Positions 10,230 through 19,323 of a stretch of DNA of 64,000 bases are shown here, in pieces (position 1 is the stretch's first letter; every line of letters begins with the position of its first letter). The DNA lies in assembly GCA_013426185.1 (NCBI GenBank), contig CP058602.1, positions 335,123-399,122 on the forward strand. The letters are read 5' to 3'. The notes below the pieces were generated by a model. It made no database searches, had not been told where the DNA came from, and saw only the letters and a list, made by a program, of their open reading frames with translations. This DNA is from Candidatus Woesebacteria bacterium (lineage in GTDB: Bacteria > Patescibacteriota > Microgenomatia > UBA8517). The translations under genes were made by a program, and so were the position numbers.

Positions 10230-11795
10230 TTATTCAGGCTTTCCTGAAGGATTATGAACCAATCTAAAAACCATCAGACCATCAACATTAAAGCTTTCGT
10301 CTATTTTGCTCCAACCAAAGTTAGCTACTTCGGCTTTAGGATTTGAAACAGGCTGACATTTAGTTTTGTCTTCATACTCGCAAACCACAAAGAGTTGATC
10401 AGTTATGGTTTCACTTGCTCTTTGAGGATCAATAATCACCACCGGCTCTTTCCAAAGTTCAAGAAAATAAAGATAAGCACCTTCATAGTTTCTTTCCGCA
10501 ATAACGGCAAGATTAAATCTTTGCCCTCTTGCCTCTTCAGCTATTTTCTTTGAGACATCGATTGTCCTTTGAAGTTGTCTTGAGGGGTTGTCACGAAGTG
10601 GAGAATTAACAAAAGAAAAAAATAAAAACAAAAAAATTAGAGGGACAAATAAAAACTTGCCATACCTTTTAAAAGTCACGAGCTCTTCTAGAAAAAATGA
10701 GAGAAGTAAAAACGGAGCTGGAAACAAAAAGCCAAAATAATGATCATAAATTTGTTCCTTATAGACACTAAGAACAAAAACAGAAACTAAAATCCAAGAT
10801 AAAACAAAGAAAAAAGCAACTACTTTCTTTGAATAAATTCTTCTTTTTAAATAAAAAACCACCTGTAAAAAGGAAAGCGAAAATAACAAAAAAGCAACAA
10901 TTTTACCAAACAAAATATTCTTACTCGCAAGAAGACGGGTAAAAACCAGATTCCATATCGTAAAAAAATGCAGGAAGGGAGACATAAAAGAATTTGAAAT
11001 AAAATCACTTCTTTCAAAAAAGAAATCCTTCATCGCCGTAAAATTTCGCCAGTTATATTTGGCATCAAAAACAACAAGAGGAGACATCAATAAAAGAAAG
11101 ATAACAACAGAAATCAGAAAATTCTTTAAAAGCTCTTTTTGCTTTCCTACTTTCTTTGATTTAATGAAAGAAAGTAGCAAAAAGATGCCAACGAAAGGCA
11201 AAAGCACTAGAGCAAGATAGTGTGACTGAAGACAAATAGCAAAGGATAAAGAAGCTAAAACTATATAAGAATATTTTTCTTCATACCAAAACTTAAAAGT
11301 GGAATAGATAACAAGAAGAGAAAAAAAGGGCATAATATTTGGATTCCAAGAATGCCTTGAAAAGATAATAACAACAGGAGAAAAAGCGTAAAGTAAAGCT
11401 GCTGTGAGCCCCGCCCGCCTGCCAAACCACTTATAGGCAAGATACCAAACAAAAAAAATAGTCAAGACACCAAGAAGTGCAACACCAACAGCAGGTCCTG
11501 TTGGATCAAAACGAAATAAAAACAAAAATGGGGCCATAAAATAATAATAAAAAGGCCCAAGATACATATTGCCAACCGATGTGCCAGGGCCAACAAAGAC
11601 TAAATCATGATCAAGCAATAGTCTCTTAACCACCAAGGCGTCCCTACCCTCATCACCCAAGAAAGTCATATATTCTGAGATCTTGTACAAACGGAAAAAA
11701 GCCCCAACTATCAAAATCAAAATAAGAATTAGAGAATACACCTTATTCTTTTTTATAAAATTAAGAGATCTAAAAATAAAGGAGTTAATCTTCAT
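10230..11795 (-). CDS. ArnT/PMT-like membrane glycosyltransferase
   Basis: FLGDEGRDA, GPFYYY, SWNPN. Start placed at ATG 11795, which overlaps the upstream TGA (ATGA). Confidence 0.8.
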   Translation of the reverse strand: MKINSFIFRSLNFIKKNKVYSLILILILIVGAFFRLYKISEYMTFLGDEGRDALVVKRLLLDHDLVFVGPGTSVGNMYLGPFYYYFMAPFLFLFRFDPTGPAVGVALLGVLTIFFVWYLAYKWFGRRAGLTAALLYAFSPVVIIFSRHSWNPNIMPFFSLLVIYSTFKFWYEEKYSYIVLASLSFAICLQSHYLALVLLPFVGIFLLLSFIKSKKVGKQKELLKNFLISVVIFLLLMSPLVVFDAKYNWRNFTAMKDFFFERSDFISNSFMSPFLHFFTIWNLVFTRLLASKNILFGKIVAFLLFSLSFLQVVFYLKRRIYSKKVVAFFFVLSWILVSVFVLSVYKEQIYDHYFGFLFPAPFLLLSFFLEELVTFKRYGKFLFVPLIFLFLFFSFVNSPLRDNPSRQLQRTIDVSKKIAEEARGQRFNLAVIAERNYEGAYLYFLELWKEPVVIIDPQRASETITDQLFVVCEYEDKTKCQPVSNPKAEVANFGWSKIDESFNVDGLMVFRLVHNPSGKPE

Positions 11796-12499
11796 ATTAG
11801 TTTCCACCAAAGTTTGAACAAGTCAGAAAAGCTTTTAACTATTACCTTAATACTTCTTCCTGTCGCTTTGCCCGCTTTTCTCGGGTAATGACTAACTGGT
11901 ATTTCTACAATTTTAAATCCTGCTCTTTTTGCTTTAATAAGAAGCTCACTGGAGATAAAAGCACCTCTTTCTGATTCAAGAGGTGGTATTTTTTCAATTA
12001 CTTTTCTTGAAATAAGTTTAAAACCACAATCGATATCTTTAACTTTAAGGCCAAATAGAACAAAAACCAAAGCTTCCCAAATTTTGCTGGTTAAAATTTT
12101 AAACAAAGTCTCTTGCCTCTTTCTGTAAAAACCAATAACCAAATCAGCATTGGTCTTCTCCTCCGTCTCAATAAAATTAGTTATCTCAGAAAAATCAAAT
12201 TGTCCGTCAGAATCGGTAAAGGCAATCCACTCGAAACTAGAATTATAAAGTCCACTTTTAAGCGAAGCACCATAACCTCTATTAATCTCATGATTAATAA
12301 TTTTTATACGAGGGTCACTTTTTGACAAACTTTGTGCCACTTTTAAGGTGTTATCCTTTGAACCATCATTTATAATCAAGATCTCCCAATCTTTAAGTCT
12401 TAACTTATCAAGAACCTCTTTAGCCTTAAGAACAGTATTTTTGATGTTAGCCTCTTCGTTATAAGCAGGAAAGAAAACAGACAAACGACTAATTTCCAT
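11792..12499 (-). CDS. GT2 polyprenol-phosphate glycosyltransferase
   Basis: SVFFPAYNEE, NDGSKD, NRGYG, FTDSDGQF, DIDCGFK. Confidence 0.9.
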   Translation of the reverse strand: MEISRLSVFFPAYNEEANIKNTVLKAKEVLDKLRLKDWEILIINDGSKDNTLKVAQSLSKSDPRIKIINHEINRGYGASLKSGLYNSSFEWIAFTDSDGQFDFSEITNFIETEEKTNADLVIGFYRKRQETLFKILTSKIWEALVFVLFGLKVKDIDCGFKLISRKVIEKIPPLESERGAFISSELLIKAKRAGFKIVEIPVSHYPRKAGKATGRSIKVIVKSFSDLFKLWWKLI

Positions 12500-12601
12500 T
12501 AATCATAGTCTAGCAAAAAGCTAAAACTTTATAAACTACCCTACAAAGACCAGAACTTATATAACTTGTGAAATTAAGCCTAAAATAGTATCATCTAATT
12601 A

Positions 12602-13762
12602 ATGAAAAAGAAGATAAGGGATTTTATCTTTATCAGCCTGATAACTATTATCCCTACTTTACTCATTTGGCTACCATTTTTTGCAAAAATTGAAAATTTC
12701 TGGACCATCCCGCTTGGTAAAGAGGGGATGGCAACTGTGGTTGCCAACTATGACGGACCTCTTTATATTGTGGTGGCTAAATCTCTCTATAATACAGAAG
12801 TCATCAAACAGATCACTTCTTTTCCGCTGCCAGTCGAATATTATGCCGCACATTTCCCCTTATATCCGCTACTAATTAGAACACTAGCAACATTTTTAGG
12901 CTTTCCCTACTCAATGCTTCTCTCAACCGTTCTCTCGTCAATCTTTTGCGTATATTACTTCTACAAACTTGCCAAAATAGAACTTGATGACAACAAAGCT
13001 AAGTGGTTAACCTTCATTTTTTCCATCTTTCCCGCAAGATGGTTAATAACAAGATCCGTAGGCTCTCCAGAACCACTTTTACTAGGCGCAATACTTGCTT
13101 CAACCTACTACTTTCTAAGGAAAGAGTATCTTAAATCAGCCTTAATGGGAGCTCTTGCCCAGCTAACAAAATCCGTCGGAATACTCCTTTTTATCGCCTA
13201 TTCAATTACAATATTTATTGAAAATTTAGCAAGAATATCAAGTATCAAAAAAAGCAAAAAGCTTGCCTTTTCTGATATTTCAAAATATCTTCCTCTTGTT
13301 TTTATCCCCTCATCATTACTTATAGTTTTTGCAATCTATCAAGTAAAATTCAACGATTTCCTTGCCTATTTTCATTCGGGAGACAACATCCACCTTTTCT
13401 TTCCACCTTTTCAAGTTTTCAACTATTCAGCGCCGTGGGTAGGAACATTTTGGCTGGAAGAAATAATATTTATTTACTTGGTTAGCACATGGGGGATTAT
13501 CAAGTTGGCAAAAGACAAAAAAACAGTTTTTGCTTCAATTGCAGGAGTTTTTTTACTCTCAATCTTCTTTGTCTCCCACCGCGATATTCTCAGATATCTT
13601 TTACCAGCCACTCCATTTCTGCTTTTTGCTTATAAAGACATTCTTCTAAAAAAAGAATTTAGACCAATTATTTTATTAATTATTATCCCAATATATCTCT
13701 TTTCTCTTGCATTTATCTCCCAAAACAAAATGCCCATTGCCGATTGGGCACCGCTCCTTTAG
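12602..13762 (+). CDS. Membrane mannosyltransferase-like GT-C protein (PIG-V/GT76-like)
   Basis: NYDGPLYIVVA, AHFPLYPLLIR, SPEPL motifs; multi-TM. Confidence 0.65.
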   Translation: MKKKIRDFIFISLITIIPTLLIWLPFFAKIENFWTIPLGKEGMATVVANYDGPLYIVVAKSLYNTEVIKQITSFPLPVEYYAAHFPLYPLLIRTLATFLGFPYSMLLSTVLSSIFCVYYFYKLAKIELDDNKAKWLTFIFSIFPARWLITRSVGSPEPLLLGAILASTYYFLRKEYLKSALMGALAQLTKSVGILLFIAYSITIFIENLARISSIKKSKKLAFSDISKYLPLVFIPSSLLIVFAIYQVKFNDFLAYFHSGDNIHLFFPPFQVFNYSAPWVGTFWLEEIIFIYLVSTWGIIKLAKDKKTVFASIAGVFLLSIFFVSHRDILRYLLPATPFLLFAYKDILLKKEFRPIILLIIIPIYLFSLAFISQNKMPIADWAPLL

Positions 13763-13911
13763 AAAAAACACATAAAGCCATCAAAGTTCCATCGTTCAAT
13801 CAATTGCTATAACACACCCTAAACGAAAGTCCCCCATCTATCCATACTGCCTAGCTCAATGTATTAAAGTTGAGAGAGTTTGAGAATAAAAGAAACTTAA
13901 AATACTTTTGT

Positions 13912-14106
13912 ATGAGTGAAGTTCCACGTTATTGGCGTCTAAGAGAACAACTTCTAAGACTAGAGGGTTCAAACTGCCAAAGTTGTAAAATAGTTCATTT
14001 CCCTCCAAGAGAAGTCTGCCCTGATTGCGGATTTAAAGCCAATGGAAATAATAAAAAAGACGTCTTTGAAAAACCCAAGAAAGCTATACCTCAAGATCAA
14101 CAGTAA
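13912..14106 (+). CDS. DUF35_N-type zinc-ribbon protein, lacking the OB-fold domain
   Basis: MSEVPRYWR...LEGSNCQSC...FPPREVCPDC; ATG at 13912 lies 8 nt after TAAAAT. Confidence 0.65.
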   Translation: MSEVPRYWRLREQLLRLEGSNCQSCKIVHFPPREVCPDCGFKANGNNKKDVFEKPKKAIPQDQQ

Positions 14107-14956
14107 AAGTTGCTAATTCTTTATTAATCAAAGAAGAGTCCTGCAAAGGATTAATAACCAAATTTCGTTTAACAAGATTCAAGTACTTCAAATAACCAAA
14201 AATAGCCTCTTTTACACCGAGACGCAAACGAGCATTATCCCTCAAAATCTCATAAGCATCATAAAACTTATAATCCTTCAGTTTGAAACTCGAGAACTTA
14301 GACAAAGAACACATCTCTTTTGGCAAGACCAAGTTGTAAACTGCAACCCTAACATCAGCAATATCAAGATACATAAAAGGCTCAAGATAAGAAGGAACAA
14401 CACCGAAAGGAAAATTGCCCTTAATCACAAGTTCAGTAAAAACCTCTTGTTGTAAAATGCGGATAACTCCAGTTTTTCTACTATCTCTTTTCCTTGAGTA
14501 GCCCATTGGTAAAGACAAAAGACCGTATTCTTTTCCAAGTTCAAAATAAGGTGTACTAATATCTTTTGCCAGTAAAACTTTATATGGATTGTTAAAAGGA
14601 GAAATAACCAAAGCTACACCGACTCTTCTAGTTAGCCCCTGCTTCATATATGAATAAATCCTGTAAATTGTCTTAAGCGAAGTTTGGAAAGACAAAGGCA
14701 TTTTTTTGTAAATACTCTCAATATCAGCGGTATCTTTAACAAGATGCTCAAAAAAAAGAATTGTTTCTGATATGCGACTATTCGGACCAGCAGTCTTGAC
14801 AACACCATATTTATCAAGAACCCTCTGATAAGTAGCAGGAGATACAGGCAAAGCAAAACGATAGTGCCTTAAAACCCGATCAACAGATCCAAATCTAAAA
14901 TATTCGCGTACCAAAAATTGGCTAAAATCTGGCTCTTTTTGAGGGAATGAGGACAT
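14084..14956 (-). CDS. Hypothetical protein with a degenerate Nudix-like C-terminal domain
   Basis: GVALVI...KVLL...SLPMGYSRKRDSRKTGVIRILQQEV resembles a Nudix box. Start placed at ATG 14956, just after the upstream stop. Confidence 0.55.
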   Translation of the reverse strand: MSSFPQKEPDFSQFLVREYFRFGSVDRVLRHYRFALPVSPATYQRVLDKYGVVKTAGPNSRISETILFFEHLVKDTADIESIYKKMPLSFQTSLKTIYRIYSYMKQGLTRRVGVALVISPFNNPYKVLLAKDISTPYFELGKEYGLLSLPMGYSRKRDSRKTGVIRILQQEVFTELVIKGNFPFGVVPSYLEPFMYLDIADVRVAVYNLVLPKEMCSLSKFSSFKLKDYKFYDAYEILRDNARLRLGVKEAIFGYLKYLNLVKRNLVINPLQDSSLINKELATFTVDLEV

Positions 14957-14957
14957 C

Positions 14958-16097
14958 TTACTTTCTCTGCCAAGGCAGCTTCCAAGTTTTCCAAATAACA
15001 GCGTTGTACATAAAATAATTATAAGGCAGGACCAAGAAGACAATGATAAATGGTAGCATTAATTGCCTCGCTCCGATTCCAAAAATAAGATCGCCGATAT
15101 TGCCAGCAACAGTTTGAATAATTAAAGCTCCCATGCTAGTCAAATTAAACTGCAAGAATTTATAAATTATATTCTTGATACCCTTTATTTTTTCTTGCTT
15201 GAAAGTCCAAAGATTATTAAGTGTAAAATTACTGATAATTGCAAGTTCAACAGGCAAACTCCAAGCGAAAAGACCGGGAACTCCAACAGAAGTCATAATC
15301 TTAAGAGATATGGCATTCACAAGATAACCAATAAAACCAACAGTTCCGAATTTGATAAATCTTTGCTTATCCTTGATACCCAAGATGATAGCTACTTTAA
15401 ATGTAGTTGTCATTTCTTTGGGATTAAATTTTGATTTTTCTTTTAGGCGAGGTTTAAACTCAAGAGGAACTTCCTTAACTTTCTTAGCATTTTTAATGCT
15501 TTGATAAAGCAAATCAACTTTATAAGCAAACCTCTCTTTAGCCATCAAATTATCAAGATCAATTTTGTTTAAGACTCCATCAACTTTAGTCAACCTAAAG
15601 CCGGTGGTCATATCATGGATATTAAATTTAAGCCAAACAAGACGAATAAAAAGATTCCCCAAATAACTAACCACTTTTCTTGAAAAAGCCCATTCTTTGG
15701 GAACAGAGCCGCCGGGTATATAACGGCTGCCAATAACATAATCAGCTCCATCAAGATAAGCGTCAACCATTCTTTTGACATTGTCAGGCGGATGCTGGCC
15801 ATCAGCATCCATCTCCATCACTGCATCAGCTTTAAGTTCATTCATAGCATACTTAAAACCAGCCACATAATCTGCACCTAAACCTTCTTTTTCCTTTTTC
15901 AAAAGATGGAGATTCGCAAACTTTTTCATCTTTTCCTCAACAATTTTTGCAGTACCATCAGGAGAGTTAGCATCAACAACCAAAAGATGCATATCTGCTT
16001 TTATTTTTGGGAATTCCTTAACCAAAAGCTCATCAATCATCCAACCTATATTCTCCGCCTCGTTAAAAGTAGGCATCACAATGACAACTCTTTGCAT
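14958..16097 (-). CDS. GT2 dolichol-phosphate mannosyltransferase-like protein with C-terminal GtrA domain
   Basis: PTFNEAENI, SPDGT, MDADGQH, IGSRY, DMTTGFR; C-terminal RFIKFGTVG...NFTLNNLWTF (GtrA). Confidence 0.9.
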   Translation of the reverse strand: MQRVVIVMPTFNEAENIGWMIDELLVKEFPKIKADMHLLVVDANSPDGTAKIVEEKMKKFANLHLLKKEKEGLGADYVAGFKYAMNELKADAVMEMDADGQHPPDNVKRMVDAYLDGADYVIGSRYIPGGSVPKEWAFSRKVVSYLGNLFIRLVWLKFNIHDMTTGFRLTKVDGVLNKIDLDNLMAKERFAYKVDLLYQSIKNAKKVKEVPLEFKPRLKEKSKFNPKEMTTTFKVAIILGIKDKQRFIKFGTVGFIGYLVNAISLKIMTSVGVPGLFAWSLPVELAIISNFTLNNLWTFKQEKIKGIKNIIYKFLQFNLTSMGALIIQTVAGNIGDLIFGIGARQLMLPFIIVFLVLPYNYFMYNAVIWKTWKLPWQRK

Positions 16098-16168
16098 ATT
16101 TTTATCTTACAACAGCAAGATAATTGAGTAAAGAAGAAAAAATAACAAAGGCTCCAGACAAGGTTAGG

Positions 16169-16246
16169 ACAAGGTCCGACCCTGTACAACAAAACTAAAT
16201 TTTGAAGCTAAAAAATGGTGGCTTTTGACAAGGACGGACCTTGTCA
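16169..16246. repeat. Two REP-like palindromes of the GACAAGG(T/A)C(C/G)G(T/A)CCTTGTC family
   Basis: Degenerate copy at 16169-16185 and full copy TGACAAGGACGGACCTTGTCA at 16226-16246; others at 57212-57234 and 60236-60260. Confidence 0.7.
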
Positions 16247-16478
16247 TTGGATACCAGATGAGTATCTGGCCATCCTTGTCTTCTTGCAGCCTGTTTTTGA
16301 GCCGCAACGCAAGGAGAAGAACCTGTAATAGACGAGTAAATTGAAACTAAAGATAACAGAGCATACCACTCGAGGAAAAATAGAAAGATACTTAAAACCA
16401 CATTCTCCCTAACTCAACAGTTTTCTCAAGAGTCCTTTTAACTTTAGTCAAATATGTTAGAAAGAAAAACAAAGAGTT

Positions 16479-16772
16479 CTAAAAGCTGGAGAAATCGCTA
16501 TCCAATTGCTTGAGGCCTGAATCAATATCAACCGTTGTCGAATCAAGTTCCTTTGACAAATTATCAAGGTCGGAAGCGTCTTTAATTTCTGAAACAGAGC
16601 CGGGAATAGGATTTGACCCCTGATAATACTTTTCAACGCTTGGCGGCAAACTAGTTTTACTCTCTTCTTGCGTCTCTTTCATCTTTTTGCTATTCCAAAG
16701 CAAAAAGCCAGCTACCAAAAGAAGAACAGCTGCCGAAACTCCCAAAATAATAATTGTTTTTTTGTCTTTCAT
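16479..16772 (-). CDS. Small single-pass membrane protein
   Basis: N-terminal TM, acidic C-terminal helix; 2 nt downstream of the previous gene. Confidence 0.7.
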   Translation of the reverse strand: MKDKKTIIILGVSAAVLLLVAGFLLWNSKKMKETQEESKTSLPPSVEKYYQGSNPIPGSVSEIKDASDLDNLSKELDSTTVDIDSGLKQLDSDFSSF

Positions 16773-16774
16773 AA

Positions 16775-17440
16775 TTATTCAGCTTCAGGACTTGCAACAG
16801 GTGTTGGTTTAGCCACTTCACCTGCCACCTTTCTCATCGCGACTAAGAGATTTTTAATTGCTTTTCTATATTCAAAGAGCTTAGTTTTTGTCTCCTGCAT
16901 TGCTAGTCTAAATTCCTTATAAACCTCCTTTGGGTTATCTCCATCGCAACTAAATTCATCAACAATTTTTGAAGCCTTATCTAAAGAAGCAACAGCCTCA
17001 GCTCTAGTTCTTTCAATCTCGGCCAAAAGATCATTGTAATTGGAAACAGTCTTACCATTAGGAACCATCTTTTCTTCGTAAAACTTCTTTAAATTTTCCA
17101 CCCAACCATCCATCCTCTTAAGAGCTTCCGTTGCCAGTCTCAAAAGAGATTTCTTCCTATTCTTTATAGCTTCTTCTCTTGCCCTACAGGCTTTAAGTTT
17201 TTTGCCTTCAAGCATATCTTTTACTCTTTCTCTTACTTCTTCTCTGTTTTGAACTCTGACAGGAGATGAAGAAGGAGAAGAGAGATTAACTCCCATATTT
17301 TCTCTTAGATTCAATCTCACTGATTCATCCTCTGCAAAAGCCAAGGAAAAAGAAAAAACAAGAAGAGCTAAAGAAGCTAAAAACCCTGCAAATACTTTTC
17401 TCATCATCATCAATCTAAAATAAGAGAGAAAAAAAGTCAA
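16775..17440 (-). CDS. Exported helical/coiled-coil hypothetical protein
   Basis: Signal peptide MMRKVFAG...LAFA then a long charged helical region; true start probably near 17410. Confidence 0.7.
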   Translation of the reverse strand: MTFFLSYFRLMMMRKVFAGFLASLALLVFSFSLAFAEDESVRLNLRENMGVNLSSPSSSPVRVQNREEVRERVKDMLEGKKLKACRAREEAIKNRKKSLLRLATEALKRMDGWVENLKKFYEEKMVPNGKTVSNYNDLLAEIERTRAEAVASLDKASKIVDEFSCDGDNPKEVYKEFRLAMQETKTKLFEYRKAIKNLLVAMRKVAGEVAKPTPVASPEAE

Positions 17441-18672
17441 GACACAACTTCTATCTTCTTCTTACCAAAATAAGGCCTCAAAACACTAGGGACAACAACC
17501 GACCCATCTTTTTCCTGGAAGTTCTCATAAATTGCAACCATCGCTCTGCCTAAAGCCAAAACCGTTCCGTTAAGAGTATGCAAATATTCGCTTTTATCTC
17601 CCCTTTTTACTTTTATTCCCAGCCTTCTTGCCTGAAAATCTGTGGTATTGCTGGTTGATGTAACCTCACGATATTTATTTTGAGACGGCATCCAAGCCTC
17701 AATGTCATATTTTCTTGAAGCAGCATTGCCCAAATCACCTGTTGCCATTTTTACTACATGATAAGGAATCCCCAAATCCTGCCATATTTCCTCCTCAATC
17801 GACAAAAGCTTTTTATGCCAATCGTCAGACTCCTCAGGAAGACAAAAAACGACCATCTCCACTTTTCTAAACTCATGAACTCTTATTATTCCTCTTACAT
17901 CCTTGCCATAGCTTCCTGCCTCAGTACGATAGCAGGAAGAAAAACCTACATATTTTTTAGGCAAATCTTTGGCATTTAAAATTTCATCTGTGTGCATGCC
18001 AACAAGAGTAATCTCAGCAGTCCCAATTAAATCCAAATCCTCGCCTTCAATATGATATATCTGTCTTTCCTTCTCACTTCTTGCCTGAAAACCGCAACCA
18101 ACAACATTCCTTTCTTTGGCTACATTTGGAGTAATAACAGGCAAAAAGCCATGTTTTATTAACTTATCAAAAGCAAAACGTACCAAAGAAAGTTCAAGCA
18201 AAGCTCCATCACCTTTCAAATAATAAAAACCAGACTGAGCGACTTTGGTTCCCCTATTTAGATCAATTGTTTGAGTCAAATCACCAATTTCAACATGATC
18301 CCGTACACGAAAATCAAACTTACGAGGCTCGCCAAATTTCTTAATAACCTCATTTTCCTCGGGGCTTCCAACTTTTACATCAGGAGCTGAAGGATTGGGA
18401 ACTTTAAGAAGCAATTCTTTATACTCTTCTTCAATATTCTTAAGTTCTTCTTCTTTTGTCTTAAGCTCAGCTTTAATCTTCCTACCCTCTTCCTGACCTT
18501 CCCTACCCAATTTATTCTTTCTTGCGCGCAGAGATTCAACCTCAACTATCAATTCCCTTCGCTTCTTGTCTTTTTCAAGTAATAAATCTATAACACTTGA
18601 GTCAAAACCCTTAGCTTTAGTCGCTTCTTTAAAAAAATTGGGGTTATCGCGCAAAAGATTAATATCTATCAT
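17437..18672 (-). CDS. serS: Seryl-tRNA synthetase
   Basis: MIDINLLR start, GTAE, CYRTEAGSYGKDVRGIIRVHEF, KYDIEAW, TDFQARRL, HTLNGT. Confidence 0.98.
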   Translation of the reverse strand: MIDINLLRDNPNFFKEATKAKGFDSSVIDLLLEKDKKRRELIVEVESLRARKNKLGREGQEEGRKIKAELKTKEEELKNIEEEYKELLLKVPNPSAPDVKVGSPEENEVIKKFGEPRKFDFRVRDHVEIGDLTQTIDLNRGTKVAQSGFYYLKGDGALLELSLVRFAFDKLIKHGFLPVITPNVAKERNVVGCGFQARSEKERQIYHIEGEDLDLIGTAEITLVGMHTDEILNAKDLPKKYVGFSSCYRTEAGSYGKDVRGIIRVHEFRKVEMVVFCLPEESDDWHKKLLSIEEEIWQDLGIPYHVVKMATGDLGNAASRKYDIEAWMPSQNKYREVTSTSNTTDFQARRLGIKVKRGDKSEYLHTLNGTVLALGRAMVAIYENFQEKDGSVVVPSVLRPYFGKKKIEVVS

Positions 18673-18684
18673 TGGCTCATTATA

Positions 18685-19323
18685 CTACAAACCAATCTCG
18701 TCTGAGATAGATTGAAGAGCTTCAAGTCCAATTTGTAAAAATTCATCAAGAGTAATACCCAAAAGCTCGGCCTCCTTGATAATTTCGCGGTTGCAGCCGC
18801 GAGCAAAACCAGAGCTTCTAAATTTTTTCTTCAAAGAATCAAGAGAAACGCTCTTTAATTTTTTATCGGGCTGAACCAAAGCTGAAGCAACAATCAATCC
18901 GGTTAAAGTTTCAGAAGCAGCAAGAGCATGTTGAAGCTTGGTCTTTCTTTCATAAGCGGCAAAAGCAGGCACTCCACCCTTTCCCCAAGCGTGAGATTGA
19001 ATAGTCTCAATCAAAAAGGGTGTGGCACCTGCCTCTTTCAAAATGCTCTCGGCAAAAAGACAATGCTTCTCGGGATTCTCTTTTGTTAAATCCCAATCTA
19101 TATCATGAAGAAGACCAATTAATCCCCAAGCTTCTGATGTCTCATCACGGGTCATTTGAGCTTTATCTTCCTCGTCTAAAAGCCCTTTGTCATAAAGATA
19201 AGAAGCCAGACTAGACATTATAGCCTCTGACTCAAGCAGGTGATATTTGGTTATCTGATTTTTGATATTTTTCTCAATCAACTCTTGAGCTTTTTTTCTG
19301 TCAATTCCCAACCTATCCATCAT
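18685..19323 (-). CDS. HD-superfamily (HDIG-type) phosphohydrolase
   Basis: H...GLLHDIDW...H...SH motifs; ATG 19323 overlaps the lysS TGA. Confidence 0.85.
   Translation of the reverse strand: MMDRLGIDRKKAQELIEKNIKNQITKYHLLESEAIMSSLASYLYDKGLLDEEDKAQMTRDETSEAWGLIGLLHDIDWDLTKENPEKHCLFAESILKEAGATPFLIETIQSHAWGKGGVPAFAAYERKTKLQHALAASETLTGLIVASALVQPDKKLKSVSLDSLKKKFRSSGFARGCNREIIKEAELLGITLDEFLQIGLEALQSISDEIGL

Noticed and set aside
16195-16401. 68-aa minus-strand ORF with hydrophobic N-terminus
   Set aside because: GTG start with a poorly spaced SD, runs through a REP palindrome, no recognisable motif; not excluded but unsupported
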